DNA of 64,000 nt from Bacteroidales bacterium (GTDB lineage Bacteria; Bacteroidota; Bacteroidia; Bacteroidales; GCA-2748055), in the NCBI GenBank assembly GCA_040903745.1, contig JBBDUV010000047.1:72977-136976 (forward strand), written 5' to 3'. Under the pieces are notes generated by a model. It had not been told where the DNA came from. It searched no databases and was given only the letters and a program-made list of their open reading frames with translations. Numbering within the stretch: the stretch's first letter is position 1; each line of letters starts with the position of its first letter. Made by a program: the position numbers and the translations under genes. Positions 49,508-57,576 of the stretch are shown piece after piece.

Positions 49508-51949
49508 CTACTGCTTAATGAATTTCTTCTTGATCAAACCCACTTTCGTGTCTGCTTCGAGAATGTAGATGCCATTGGGCAGTGTGCTGATATCCAGCCG
49601 TTGGAAACCGGAATTGTTTCCTGCTTTCAGGATCCTTCGGCCGGATATATCGTATACCGCCATTGTGAATACCTCCACATCCTTGAGTGTGATAAAGCTG
49701 CTTGCCGGGTTGGGGTAGAGGGTGATCGCGCTTGCAGCACCGGCGCCAGAATCAAAGTTACCGGCCATGCGGTTCTCTGTCGACACCGCGAGGTCGACCG
49801 TGGTGGTAACGGACGCATAGACTGCACTGTTGGATACCATCGCAGCGGTGAGGGTGAGCTCGCCGGAGGAGCCTTCGAGGTGGAGGAGTCCGGTTTCATC
49901 CACGTATGCACCGGGCTGAGTGGCACTCCAGTTCACCGGCTCGTTTTGCAGCAACCTGCCCTTCCTGAAGGCGAATGCCTCCATCTGGTAAGCCGTGGTT
50001 GTAAGCACGGGTGGAATCTCCCTGATCACCACAAGCTCATGGTTGCCTTTGAGGGTTGGATCGGGCTCCACGACCGCGGCCCCTGTGATCTCTGTGGAGA
50101 TCTGACCGAGCCATCCGGCACCATCCATCACACCGGTATGAACCTTTACGAAATGGATCATATCGAGCTCCACGTGGTTGCCATCGGCATCCACGGCCCA
50201 GCTGATATCGAACGCATCCCCACCGGCATTTTCCACCTCCGGTGTGTAGGGGTTGTCAGGCCGGTTATATGGGGCTTTGCCGCGTGACTGGTTGTCGGTA
50301 TAGCCGAATGCACGGCGGAGGGAGTAGACGGTTGTTTCGAAAGCGGTATCAATGGTCGACCGGATCATACTGCCACTGAGTGTGTATTGCTCCTGGTCGA
50401 TCGAGGGAAACGAATCGGGCAGGGGGTAGTATGGCTGCGTGAAATAGCTGTTTGCCTGGATGAGACCTTCGTTCCCCTGTGAATCGGACCATGGGACATC
50501 GGCGGCGACATCGCTGTAGGGATTGCTATAGGTGACGCTGTAGTTGTGGTCAGCGGTACTGAAGTGGTAGTCGGATCCGGCGAGCTCGTACCAGGTGTCG
50601 TCGGGCAGGTCGTTGCCGTTTTCGTCATTCATTACAGAGACAATACCGGGTTCTGACCAGTTGGGCATCGGGTTGCCAAAGATGGTGAAATCGGCGCCAT
50701 AGGGGTTGTCGGGGTGGTTCCTGACCGGCTGTTCGAAGCGGAAAACGATATATCCGCCGAAAGCGCCGAGGGAGACGCTGCCGTTGACACCGTTGATGAG
50801 CGATTGTGGGGAGGAGGGGGTGCCCCACGGTGCAGCGTTCATGTACTGTGACGGTGCGGGGAGGTATTCGAGGACCTCGGTGATGAAAGGACCAGTGGGA
50901 GGTTCGGGAACACTATAGAGGTTGTCCATGCAGAAGTAGGCGGGGGTGTTCATCCCCCAATCGCCGTTGTCGGTGGAGGAGAGTTCGAAGGAGAGTTTGT
51001 TGACCTTCCCGAGTGGGGTGAGGTCGATCCATTGCCATGTTTCGATGATATAGTCATTGGCCGGGTTTTCGAAGCGGTAGTCGGCGAGATAAAAATCGAC
51101 CGTTGCCTTTGTACTGTCGCTTCTGGTACCGGTGACCGTAAGTTTGAACCAGTCGGGATCGGAGCCCTCGTCGCCGCCGAACTTTTTGGTGTAGTCGTCG
51201 CCCTCCTTCATGGAGAGGGCAGCATAGGTGCTGTTTGTGACAAAGAACCCCTGAAAGAGGTGGTCGGTACCAAATGGGGTGGTAATCTGTGATAGCGGAC
51301 TGGTATAGGTTACTCCAAAGTTCTTTCCCACTGTGGAGTCTAGTCGCACGGGGGAGAAGGCACTGTATGGATTGGTCCATCCCGGTGTGGTGTTGTCGGT
51401 GGTGTTTGAGTAGGACCAACTATACCATGCCTGCCAGTCGGGGTTGTAACTGTTAAAGAAGTTGACTGTTCCGCTGGTGAAGCCGCCGCTGCTGTCGGAG
51501 CCGTTCCAGAAACTTTCCGGATCGAGTGGGAGATCGTCGAAAGTGGCCACATCGTAGTCGCCTTTGATGACTGGCCGCACACCGATGATAAAAGTGTCGG
51601 CGGTGGCCTGACCGTTATATTCTGCTGTGATGATCACGTTGGATTGTCCGGGAGCGAGGTAGTCGATGGTCAGGGTCTGGTTATCGACAATCACGATAGC
51701 CACGGCTGGTTTGGAGGTGTGTGAGACGGCGTATGTGAGTGCTGCTTCCGGGGTGTCGGGATCGTAGAAGTGGTTTGAGAGGTCGAGCACTGTGTTAGGC
51801 GATTCTTCGGAAGCCTCGTAGTTTTGCAGGGGTTCAGTTACCTCCGGCGGTTGATCGACTAAACTGTTTTGTGTGCTTTTGATTTCCTGGGCAGTTAACC
51901 CGCCTGCCAGGAGTGATGATATCATCACGGTGGTGTACATTTTTTTCAT
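49508..51949 (-). CDS. Multi-domain secreted protein: Ig-like + DUF4465 (BtuH-like) + T9SS C-terminal sorting domain
   Basis: The start is set at MKKMYTTVMISSLLAGGLTAQ. The DUF4465-like segment reads FWNGSDSSGGFTSGTVNFFNSYNPDWQAWYSWSYSNTTD. The C-terminal domain reads ITLYPNPASSFITL...NGIYILEA. Confidence 0.6.
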   Translation of the reverse strand: MKKMYTTVMISSLLAGGLTAQEIKSTQNSLVDQPPEVTEPLQNYEASEESPNTVLDLSNHFYDPDTPEAALTYAVSHTSKPAVAIVIVDNQTLTIDYLAPGQSNVIITAEYNGQATADTFIIGVRPVIKGDYDVATFDDLPLDPESFWNGSDSSGGFTSGTVNFFNSYNPDWQAWYSWSYSNTTDNTTPGWTNPYSAFSPVRLDSTVGKNFGVTYTSPLSQITTPFGTDHLFQGFFVTNSTYAALSMKEGDDYTKKFGGDEGSDPDWFKLTVTGTRSDSTKATVDFYLADYRFENPANDYIIETWQWIDLTPLGKVNKLSFELSSTDNGDWGMNTPAYFCMDNLYSVPEPPTGPFITEVLEYLPAPSQYMNAAPWGTPSSPQSLINGVNGSVSLGAFGGYIVFRFEQPVRNHPDNPYGADFTIFGNPMPNWSEPGIVSVMNDENGNDLPDDTWYELAGSDYHFSTADHNYSVTYSNPYSDVAADVPWSDSQGNEGLIQANSYFTQPYYPLPDSFPSIDQEQYTLSGSMIRSTIDTAFETTVYSLRRAFGYTDNQSRGKAPYNRPDNPYTPEVENAGGDAFDISWAVDADGNHVELDMIHFVKVHTGVMDGAGWLGQISTEITGAAVVEPDPTLKGNHELVVIREIPPVLTTTAYQMEAFAFRKGRLLQNEPVNWSATQPGAYVDETGLLHLEGSSGELTLTAAMVSNSAVYASVTTTVDLAVSTENRMAGNFDSGAGAASAITLYPNPASSFITLKDVEVFTMAVYDISGRRILKAGNNSGFQRLDISTLPNGIYILEADTKVGLIKKKFIKQ

Positions 51950-52249
51950 TGGATATTTTTTAATACACGGAACGTAATCAGAACTGCAGGCACCGTGCAA
52001 ACACCCCCAGCTCTGCTTTGTCCGCTGCTGCGTTGCTGAGTTGCGATCCACCGGTAATAACCTGGTTACGGCTAAGGATCTACTACCGCAATGCGATGGC
52101 GGACAATCCCCATGCATTTTCGTAACAGCGGAAGAGCTGCTAAGAAAAGGTGCAGGCGAACAAAACTGATTTTGTGGATTGCGGGGAAGATGTGTGTCAG
52201 AAGTTGCAATAACGATCGACATCCTGTTCTCCGCAGGTTACAAAATCGT

Positions 52250-52555
52250 TCACTGGCAGGTCTTCTGACTTATTCCTGTTTTCTGAGCCCTTCCCGTCAC
52301 CGCCCTCCGTAGCTTAAGCGAAGGAGGGTCTAATTTTCACCGCAGCTAAGCTGTGGCGAAAAGTCCGCCGAAGCTAAAGCTATGACGGAACAGTGCCCGC
52401 CTTCGCTAAAGCTACGGCGGACGGTGACAGTGGGATCATCTCAGAACCCAATTAGAAATCACAGCAGCGGGAACTGTTGCCGAATTTTCGTGGACAGCGA
52501 AACGTTGCTTTCAACGCAGGTGCGGTTCACGAATCACGGCATTCCCTCTTAGTCC
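52250..52555 (-). promoter_or_regulatory. Cobalamin riboswitch candidate (minus strand)
   Basis: On the minus strand, AAGAGGGAAU lies at 52550-52541 and GUUCCCGCUGCUGUGA at about 52474-52459. CACUG lies at about 52395-52391 and GGUGACGGGAAGGG at about 52301-52288. The B12 box AGUCAGAAGACCUGCC lies at 52270-52255. Confidence 0.6.
52303..52420. repeat. Four consecutive REP-like hairpins, family B (loops AGCT[A/T]AAGC)
   Basis: Hairpins at 52303-52328 (CCCTCC/GGAGGG), 52338-52358, 52364-52389 and 52397-52420 (CCGCC/GGCGG). Confidence 0.8.
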
Positions 52556-52609
52556 TTTTTCCTATGCAGGTTTTTATGATGCATGGGAAAATGGAAACCA
52601 ATGATGAAC

Positions 52610-52617
52610 CAAAGGTA
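52610..52617 (-). promoter_or_regulatory. Candidate -7 promoter box (TACCTTTG) upstream of the riboswitch
   Basis: Exact TAnnTTTG match on the minus strand, about 55 nt upstream of the first conserved riboswitch block. Confidence 0.35.
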
Positions 52618-52634
52618 AAAAAATATTTTGGAAT

Positions 52635-52686
52635 ACGGATGGATATTACGGATGGATATTACGGATGGATATTACGGATGGATATT
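52635..52686. repeat. 13-bp tandem repeat, ACGGATGGATATT x4 (perfect)
   Basis: Read directly. It lies 18 nt upstream of the candidate -7 box of the riboswitch operon. Confidence 0.95.
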
Positions 52687-52731
52687 TATAAATTGAAATG
52701 CATTTATGGGGCGCTTGTAAACTACTGTAAC

Positions 52732-53022
52732 CTATGGTTTAATCGCGTTATAACGTATTCCCTCCCTGGGTTGAGCCATCCAATCGGCCACGGTTTCCCT
52801 CCATTCGAGGTAGTGGGGTGTATGCTTGTGGGCGGCTGCATATTCCTCAGACTCATAAGCCTCGTAGAGGGTAAATTCTGAAGGGTCATCGGCCTTTTGG
52901 AGCACGTCGAACCGCAGGTTGCCGTTCTCCTTAATGGATTCCTCATGGTTTTTAACAGTAGTGCGGATGAATTCTTCGATCTGTTCCGGTTTTACTTTTA
53001 CATGGACAATGGTTGCAATCAT
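52732..53022 (-). CDS. Antibiotic biosynthesis monooxygenase (ABM) family protein / putative quinol monooxygenase
   Basis: 96 aa with the pattern IVHVKVKPEQIEEF...NLRFDVLQ...FTLYEAYESEEYAAAHKHTPHY, typical of an ABM ferredoxin-like fold. Confidence 0.8.
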   Translation of the reverse strand: MIATIVHVKVKPEQIEEFIRTTVKNHEESIKENGNLRFDVLQKADDPSEFTLYEAYESEEYAAAHKHTPHYLEWRETVADWMAQPREGIRYNAIKP

Positions 53023-53216
53023 GATATTGAAATTTTTTTGGTTTCAGCTATCCAAAGATAATTGATAATTGTCGGCTTTGCCAATAGCGTATCAGCTTTT
53101 TTCGAGGGATTGGGGGGATACCCAGGTTTACGGCGGTATTTGTTGAATGGATGTTCTGCCGTCGATTTTATAAACAAATCTTCGTTTTATTTGCTATATT
53201 ATAAAAGGAGCAGACG

Positions 53217-53528
53217 ATGAGAACAAGCATAATAAAATCAGTCCTTATTTTGATTGGGACATTTCTCTTTCAATTGCAGAACCTGATAGCACAGGTACCT
53301 ACCAACATTCCGGGTGGCAAACCAGAACCGGTGCCGTTTACACCAGTGAATATCCTGGTATTTATTATAATCCCGCTGGGACTGCTCGTTTTTTATATCT
53401 GGTGGCTCCGGCAGAACCGAAAGAAAGCTGAAGAAGAGATAGCAAAAGCGAATGAGAAAGCTGAAGAAGAGAAAGCGAAAGCGAATGAGAAAGCTGAAGA
53501 AGAGAAAGCGAAAGAGAAAGAGAAATAG
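53217..53528 (+). CDS. Small membrane protein with a charged repeat tail
   Basis: It has a signal peptide, the TM ILVFIIIPLGLLVFYIWW and the tail KAEEEIAKANE-KAEEEKAKANE-KAEEEKAKEKEK. The tail is encoded by 33-bp tandem repeats at 53423-53520. Confidence 0.5.
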   Translation: MRTSIIKSVLILIGTFLFQLQNLIAQVPTNIPGGKPEPVPFTPVNILVFIIIPLGLLVFYIWWLRQNRKKAEEEIAKANEKAEEEKAKANEKAEEEKAKEKEK

Positions 53529-53537
53529 TACCGGTTT

Positions 53538-54488
53538 CTACTCACTATCCCTGCTCATATGAAAAAGTGCATCGCCGCGATTGACGATGGAGGTGGTATT
53601 GGCGCAAATGATATGTCCGGGGTAGGGGGCAAGCACCCGTTTCTGGTATTCCCCATAGGGGTCCTTAATTGTGCCCAGGAGGGTCCTCTTTTCAACAAAC
53701 CTTCCATTCACATCTTCCGGGAAGAAGAGCCCGGATGACGGTGCGCGGAGCCATTTTGTTTTGCGGATCACCGTGGGTGGTGTGCTTATCTCCGGATCGC
53801 CACCAAGCATGTTTAGGTGCCGCATCACATTAACTGCCCCTGCGGTTCCGTAGTTAATAACATCGGCATCCAGACTTTTGGTTTTACCCCCTTCAAAGAG
53901 CAGTGCCTTTTTACCCATTTTTGTCAGCATCTCCCTGATCGATTTGGGGATACCGGGCGAGTGTATCACAAACGGGGCCCCGAAAGCCATTGCCAGCTCT
54001 TGCATACCCGGCTTGTCGAGGTTGCAGCGTATCTGGGTGATGTTGTGCCGGTCGGAACTGCCGGTATGAAAATCGATGGCATAGTCGATGATCGGTGCGA
54101 TCTCTGTCCGGAAGTGGTAGGCAAACTGACTGGCCAGTGATCCGTCGGCCGAGCCCGGAAAAACACGGTTCAGATCCTTGCCGTCGGGCAGCTCCCTGGT
54201 CTGGTTCAGGAATCCGAATACATTAAACACAGGGATGCTGATGGTCGTTCCCTGCGCCGGCCTGTTCTTCTCACTGCTAATCAGCTCCCTGACAATCGCC
54301 ACGCCGTTCGTCTCATCCCCGTGGATACCGGCGATCAGTAATAATACCGGACCATCTTCCTCCGCCCGCTCGATATTGATCGGAATCTGGATCCTGTTGC
54401 GGGTAAGAAGGCGGGCCACCTCCAGTTCAATCCGCACGCTCTCACCGGGCTGGATCTCCCTGCCGAGTATGCTTAGTGTCCTAGACAT
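53538..54488 (-). CDS. Succinylglutamate desuccinylase/aspartoacylase (M14-like) family protein
   Basis: The motif [14 protein letters not shown] (HxxE zinc site) is present. The length is 316 aa. The gene overlaps the rimK 3' end by 8 nt. Confidence 0.75.
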   Translation of the reverse strand: MSRTLSILGREIQPGESVRIELEVARLLTRNRIQIPINIERAEEDGPVLLLIAGIHGDETNGVAIVRELISSEKNRPAQGTTISIPVFNVFGFLNQTRELPDGKDLNRVFPGSADGSLASQFAYHFRTEIAPIIDYAIDFHTGSSDRHNITQIRCNLDKPGMQELAMAFGAPFVIHSPGIPKSIREMLTKMGKKALLFEGGKTKSLDADVINYGTAGAVNVMRHLNMLGGDPEISTPPTVIRKTKWLRAPSSGLFFPEDVNGRFVEKRTLLGTIKDPYGEYQKRVLAPYPGHIICANTTSIVNRGDALFHMSRDSE

Positions 54489-55353
54489 TGCGTTCTATGT
54501 AACTGATAATCTCCCTGGCGATATCCTTTCCTGTGGCCCCTTCGATCCCTTCGAGTCCGGGCGAGGAGTTTACCTCAATTACCAGGGGACCGCTTTTCGC
54601 CTGCAGCATGTCGACGCCGGCGATACCAAGACCGAGCACACGGGCAGCCTTCAGTGCCGTGTTCCGCTCCTCCTCATTAAGTTCGATGAGCGAAGCTGTT
54701 CCGCCGCGGTGGAGGTTCGACCTGAACTCTCCTTTTTTACTCTGGCGCTTCATGGCACCAACTACGTTTCCCTCCACGACGAAGGCACGGATGTCGGCAC
54801 CACCCGCCTCCGCAATGAACTCCTGGGCGATCACCCGGGCCTTCAGTCCGTTAAAAGCTTCAATAATGGATTTGGCGGCGTTGGGTGTTTCGGCAAGGAC
54901 CACCCCGAGACCCTGTGTGCCTTCGAGGAGTTTGATGACCAGGGGAGCGCCGCCGACCGATTGTACGACCTGCTCCACATCCTTTGAGTAATTGGTAAAA
55001 ACCGTTTTTGGAAGACCGACGCCGGCGCGGGCGAGGATCTGCATGCTTCGAAGTTTGTCGCGCGAACGGATCAGTGCCTGTGATTCGACGGCTGTGAAGA
55101 CCTTCATCATCTCGAACTGCCGTACCACGGCGGTACCGTAGAAGGTTACCGATGCCCCGATGCGGGGGATCACAGCATCGACATGTTCGAGGTACTGACC
55201 GTTGTAGTAAATCCTGGGCCGCTTCTTTTCAATCTCGATGTTGCATTTCAGGTGGTCGACCACCAACGCTTCATGCCCCTTATGTTTTGCTGCCTCCACC
55301 AATCTGCGCGTGGAGTACAGTTCAGCATTGCGGGATAGTATAACAATTTTCAC
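54481..55353 (-). CDS. rimK: RimK-family alpha-L-glutamate ligase (ATP-grasp)
   Basis: Motifs [37 protein letters not shown] and [26 protein letters not shown] are present. Confidence 0.85.
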   Translation of the reverse strand: MKIVILSRNAELYSTRRLVEAAKHKGHEALVVDHLKCNIEIEKKRPRIYYNGQYLEHVDAVIPRIGASVTFYGTAVVRQFEMMKVFTAVESQALIRSRDKLRSMQILARAGVGLPKTVFTNYSKDVEQVVQSVGGAPLVIKLLEGTQGLGVVLAETPNAAKSIIEAFNGLKARVIAQEFIAEAGGADIRAFVVEGNVVGAMKRQSKKGEFRSNLHRGGTASLIELNEEERNTALKAARVLGLGIAGVDMLQAKSGPLVIEVNSSPGLEGIEGATGKDIAREIISYIERNV

Positions 55354-55648
55354 GAAATAAAATCTTTAACTGTTTGTAAATAAATAAAATATAGTTGGAA
55401 TTTGCAAATCCGGGCCACCAGCTGCTTATGTTCGGTTTTTAGTAACTGATGAAGGGTAACCGAAAATGAATTTCCGGTGCTAAAATAGGTTGAATAGTTC
55501 AGAATATTAACCATTGCGATAAAAAATGTTCGAACAGTAAGGAATGTGGTGTATTTAATTGATATTTAGATATATATTATTTATAATACAGGTATTTATA
55601 CAGTAGCCATTATCAGACTCACTTGTAAACCTGTCCCGCAATTCGGGA

Positions 55649-56104
55649 TCATTCTCCTTTGTTCTTTTTTTTCTGTTTGAAGGAGAGGTTAATTTTTGTT
55701 GTGTCGACAATGAAGTGGCGGTTGAGCAGCTTTCTGCCGAGGAGGACCGGGTATTTCATTTCGCCGCGCTCGCTGAGGGTGAAATGGGCGGGAATTTTTT
55801 CGCCGAAAAGGAGGATGGGGGTTTCGATGACGTATCTTTTCTCGGAGACACCAAAGGAGTTTTTTACCCGTTTCTGCTTGTATTTGGAATAGACGAACTC
55901 CTTGTTGTTGTATTCGGGGTGCGATTTGTCGAGCAGCTTGAAATGGATCCTCCGGTCGTCGCCACTGCCCTGTTCCCCGATCTGTTCACAATGGATGGAC
56001 GAAGTGTAGGCCCCGGTGTCGATCTTTACATCAATATTACTTAGATCGAGTTCCGGGAAATCGGCTTTATCGCGCCGACCAATGATCTTTTTTTCTGGTT
56101 TCAT
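55649..56104 (-). CDS. RimK-associated retropepsin-like protein (putative ATP-dependent zinc protease family, PF05618-like)
   Basis: Motifs KIDTGAYTSSIH, RVKNSFGVSEKRYVIET and YPVLLGRKLL are present. The start is set at the internal ATG (MKPEKKIIGRR). Confidence 0.7.
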   Translation of the reverse strand: MKPEKKIIGRRDKADFPELDLSNIDVKIDTGAYTSSIHCEQIGEQGSGDDRRIHFKLLDKSHPEYNNKEFVYSKYKQKRVKNSFGVSEKRYVIETPILLFGEKIPAHFTLSERGEMKYPVLLGRKLLNRHFIVDTTKINLSFKQKKKNKGE

Positions 56105-56225
56105 CAGCTGCAAAGATAATGTAATGCACCGAGCCATAACAACATTATTGACACACAGGCATAAAAATATTTCATCTTTGGCATGAGGTTTTTTTAATAC
56201 AATGTCATTACGAGCTCTCTCATAT

Positions 56226-57389
56226 CTATAGAGAGGGCAAATAGTTTAATAAAAAAGTATCCAATGAACAGACCCTTACGTTTTCATTGATCTGGAAGTC
56301 GTCTGAAGATGGTGTGATAATATAATTTATAGGTGATTTCAGGTCGTTGAAGGCCTGATAATTACCTTTTGTAATTTGTGGCGAATTAGAATATTTTGTT
56401 TCTGCAGTGGCCAAAACGGTTATTCCCCTGGTAAATACCATGTCAACTTCAGTTCCCTGGTGGGTACGATAGAAATAGAGGTCAACCCCGTCCGGTTTGA
56501 TTGCCGAAACCTGGTTCAACACGAATGTTTCCCATGAGCTTCCAATTGCAGGATTGCCGGAAAGGGCAGCAAAATCTGGTACTCCCAGTAAATGGTGCAA
56601 AATACCGGTATCGGTTAGATATACTTTTGGTGTTTTGACCAATCGTTTTGAAATATTCCAGTGAAATGGCTGCAGGCTTTTTAGCAGAAACGCATCTTCG
56701 AGGAAATCTATATAGCGTTTTACTGTTGGGGTCGTCACTCCCAACGAGTTCCCTATTGCTGTTGCATTAAGTAATTGTCCGTTCAGGTGGGCCATCATGG
56801 TCCATAAACTACGTATTACATTTGGAGAGGCATTTAATCCCAGCTGCAACAGATCACGATTAAGATAGGTGCTGATAAAATTACTCATCCACCTGTGAGA
56901 AAGATTAAGCTGTTCAGTGAGCAACATATTTGGGAATCCACCTTTAATCCACAAATCGTTTTGCGAAAATCTTTCGTGTATTTCAGTCATATCGAACGGA
57001 TGTAACTGGTGATAAGCAATGCGACCCGCCAGTGATTCTGAGGAGTCGCGGATCAATTCCGGTGAAGCTGAGCCTAATAATAAAAATCTGGCTGGTTCAC
57101 GCTGTTGGTCAACCAATCCCCTGATAAGTGGGTAAAGTTCTTTTTTGTTTTGCACTTCATCGATTACAACGAGATGGTCGGCATGTTGAGAAAGAAACAG
57201 TTCGGCATTTTTTAGCTTGAATAGATCAGATTGCATCTCCAAATCAAGATAGATTGTAGGTTTTACCGCTTGAGACATTAATTGTTTGGCCAGTGTGGTC
57301 TTTCCTACCTGTCTTGGTCCAATAATCGAAACCACCGGAAAATGGTTTAACGAGTCATTCAGATCGGATAATATTCTTCTGTCGATCAT
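56226..57389 (-). CDS. AAA+ ATPase with C-terminal DUF4143
   Basis: Walker A is GPRQVGKTT and Walker B is LVVIDEVQ. The 387-aa layout is typical of the AAA_14 + DUF4143 family. The gene is more AT-rich than its flanks. Confidence 0.8.
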   Translation of the reverse strand: MIDRRILSDLNDSLNHFPVVSIIGPRQVGKTTLAKQLMSQAVKPTIYLDLEMQSDLFKLKNAELFLSQHADHLVVIDEVQNKKELYPLIRGLVDQQREPARFLLLGSASPELIRDSSESLAGRIAYHQLHPFDMTEIHERFSQNDLWIKGGFPNMLLTEQLNLSHRWMSNFISTYLNRDLLQLGLNASPNVIRSLWTMMAHLNGQLLNATAIGNSLGVTTPTVKRYIDFLEDAFLLKSLQPFHWNISKRLVKTPKVYLTDTGILHHLLGVPDFAALSGNPAIGSSWETFVLNQVSAIKPDGVDLYFYRTHQGTEVDMVFTRGITVLATAETKYSNSPQITKGNYQAFNDLKSPINYIITPSSDDFQINENVRVCSLDTFLLNYLPSL

Positions 57390-57576
57390 ATCAATACAGC
57401 TTCAATGAAAAGCATCTATTTTAAATATTCATGGTAAATATATGAAAAAAACCATGAAATAATAAAAAATGATTTTAATATTTCATGGTAAATAGATAGT
57501 TCAATCTCGGTTTGTCGCATCTGTTCCTGACAAAATTTTATATGTACAGGAATATTAAATACGATCAAGATACCGG

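Noticed and set aside
49448-50287. 279-aa plus-strand ORF antisense to the DUF4465/T9SS gene
   Set aside because: The minus strand carries a clear T9SS C-terminal domain across the same bases. The plus ORF is a Gly/His/Cys-rich artefact.
51950-52222. 91-codon N-terminal extension of the DUF4465 ORF
   Set aside because: It is Cys/Ser/Pro-rich non-protein-like sequence lying in the riboswitch expression-platform region. The internal start MKKMYTTVMISSLLAGG is a typical signal peptide.
52303-52420. Possible CRISPR or tandem-gene array
   Set aside because: Only four imperfect hairpins of about 25 nt, with almost no spacers between them. They lie inside a riboswitch-like leader and belong to a dispersed hairpin family.
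53217-53528. PEP-CTERM sorting signal in the small membrane protein
   Set aside because: PEP plus a TM helix plus basic residues are present. However, the motif is followed by a 35-aa charged repeat tail rather than the C-terminus, and no exosortase gene is nearby.
54178-54987. 269-aa plus-strand ORF antisense to rimK and the M14-like gene
   Set aside because: It spans two well-supported minus-strand genes and shows no family signature.
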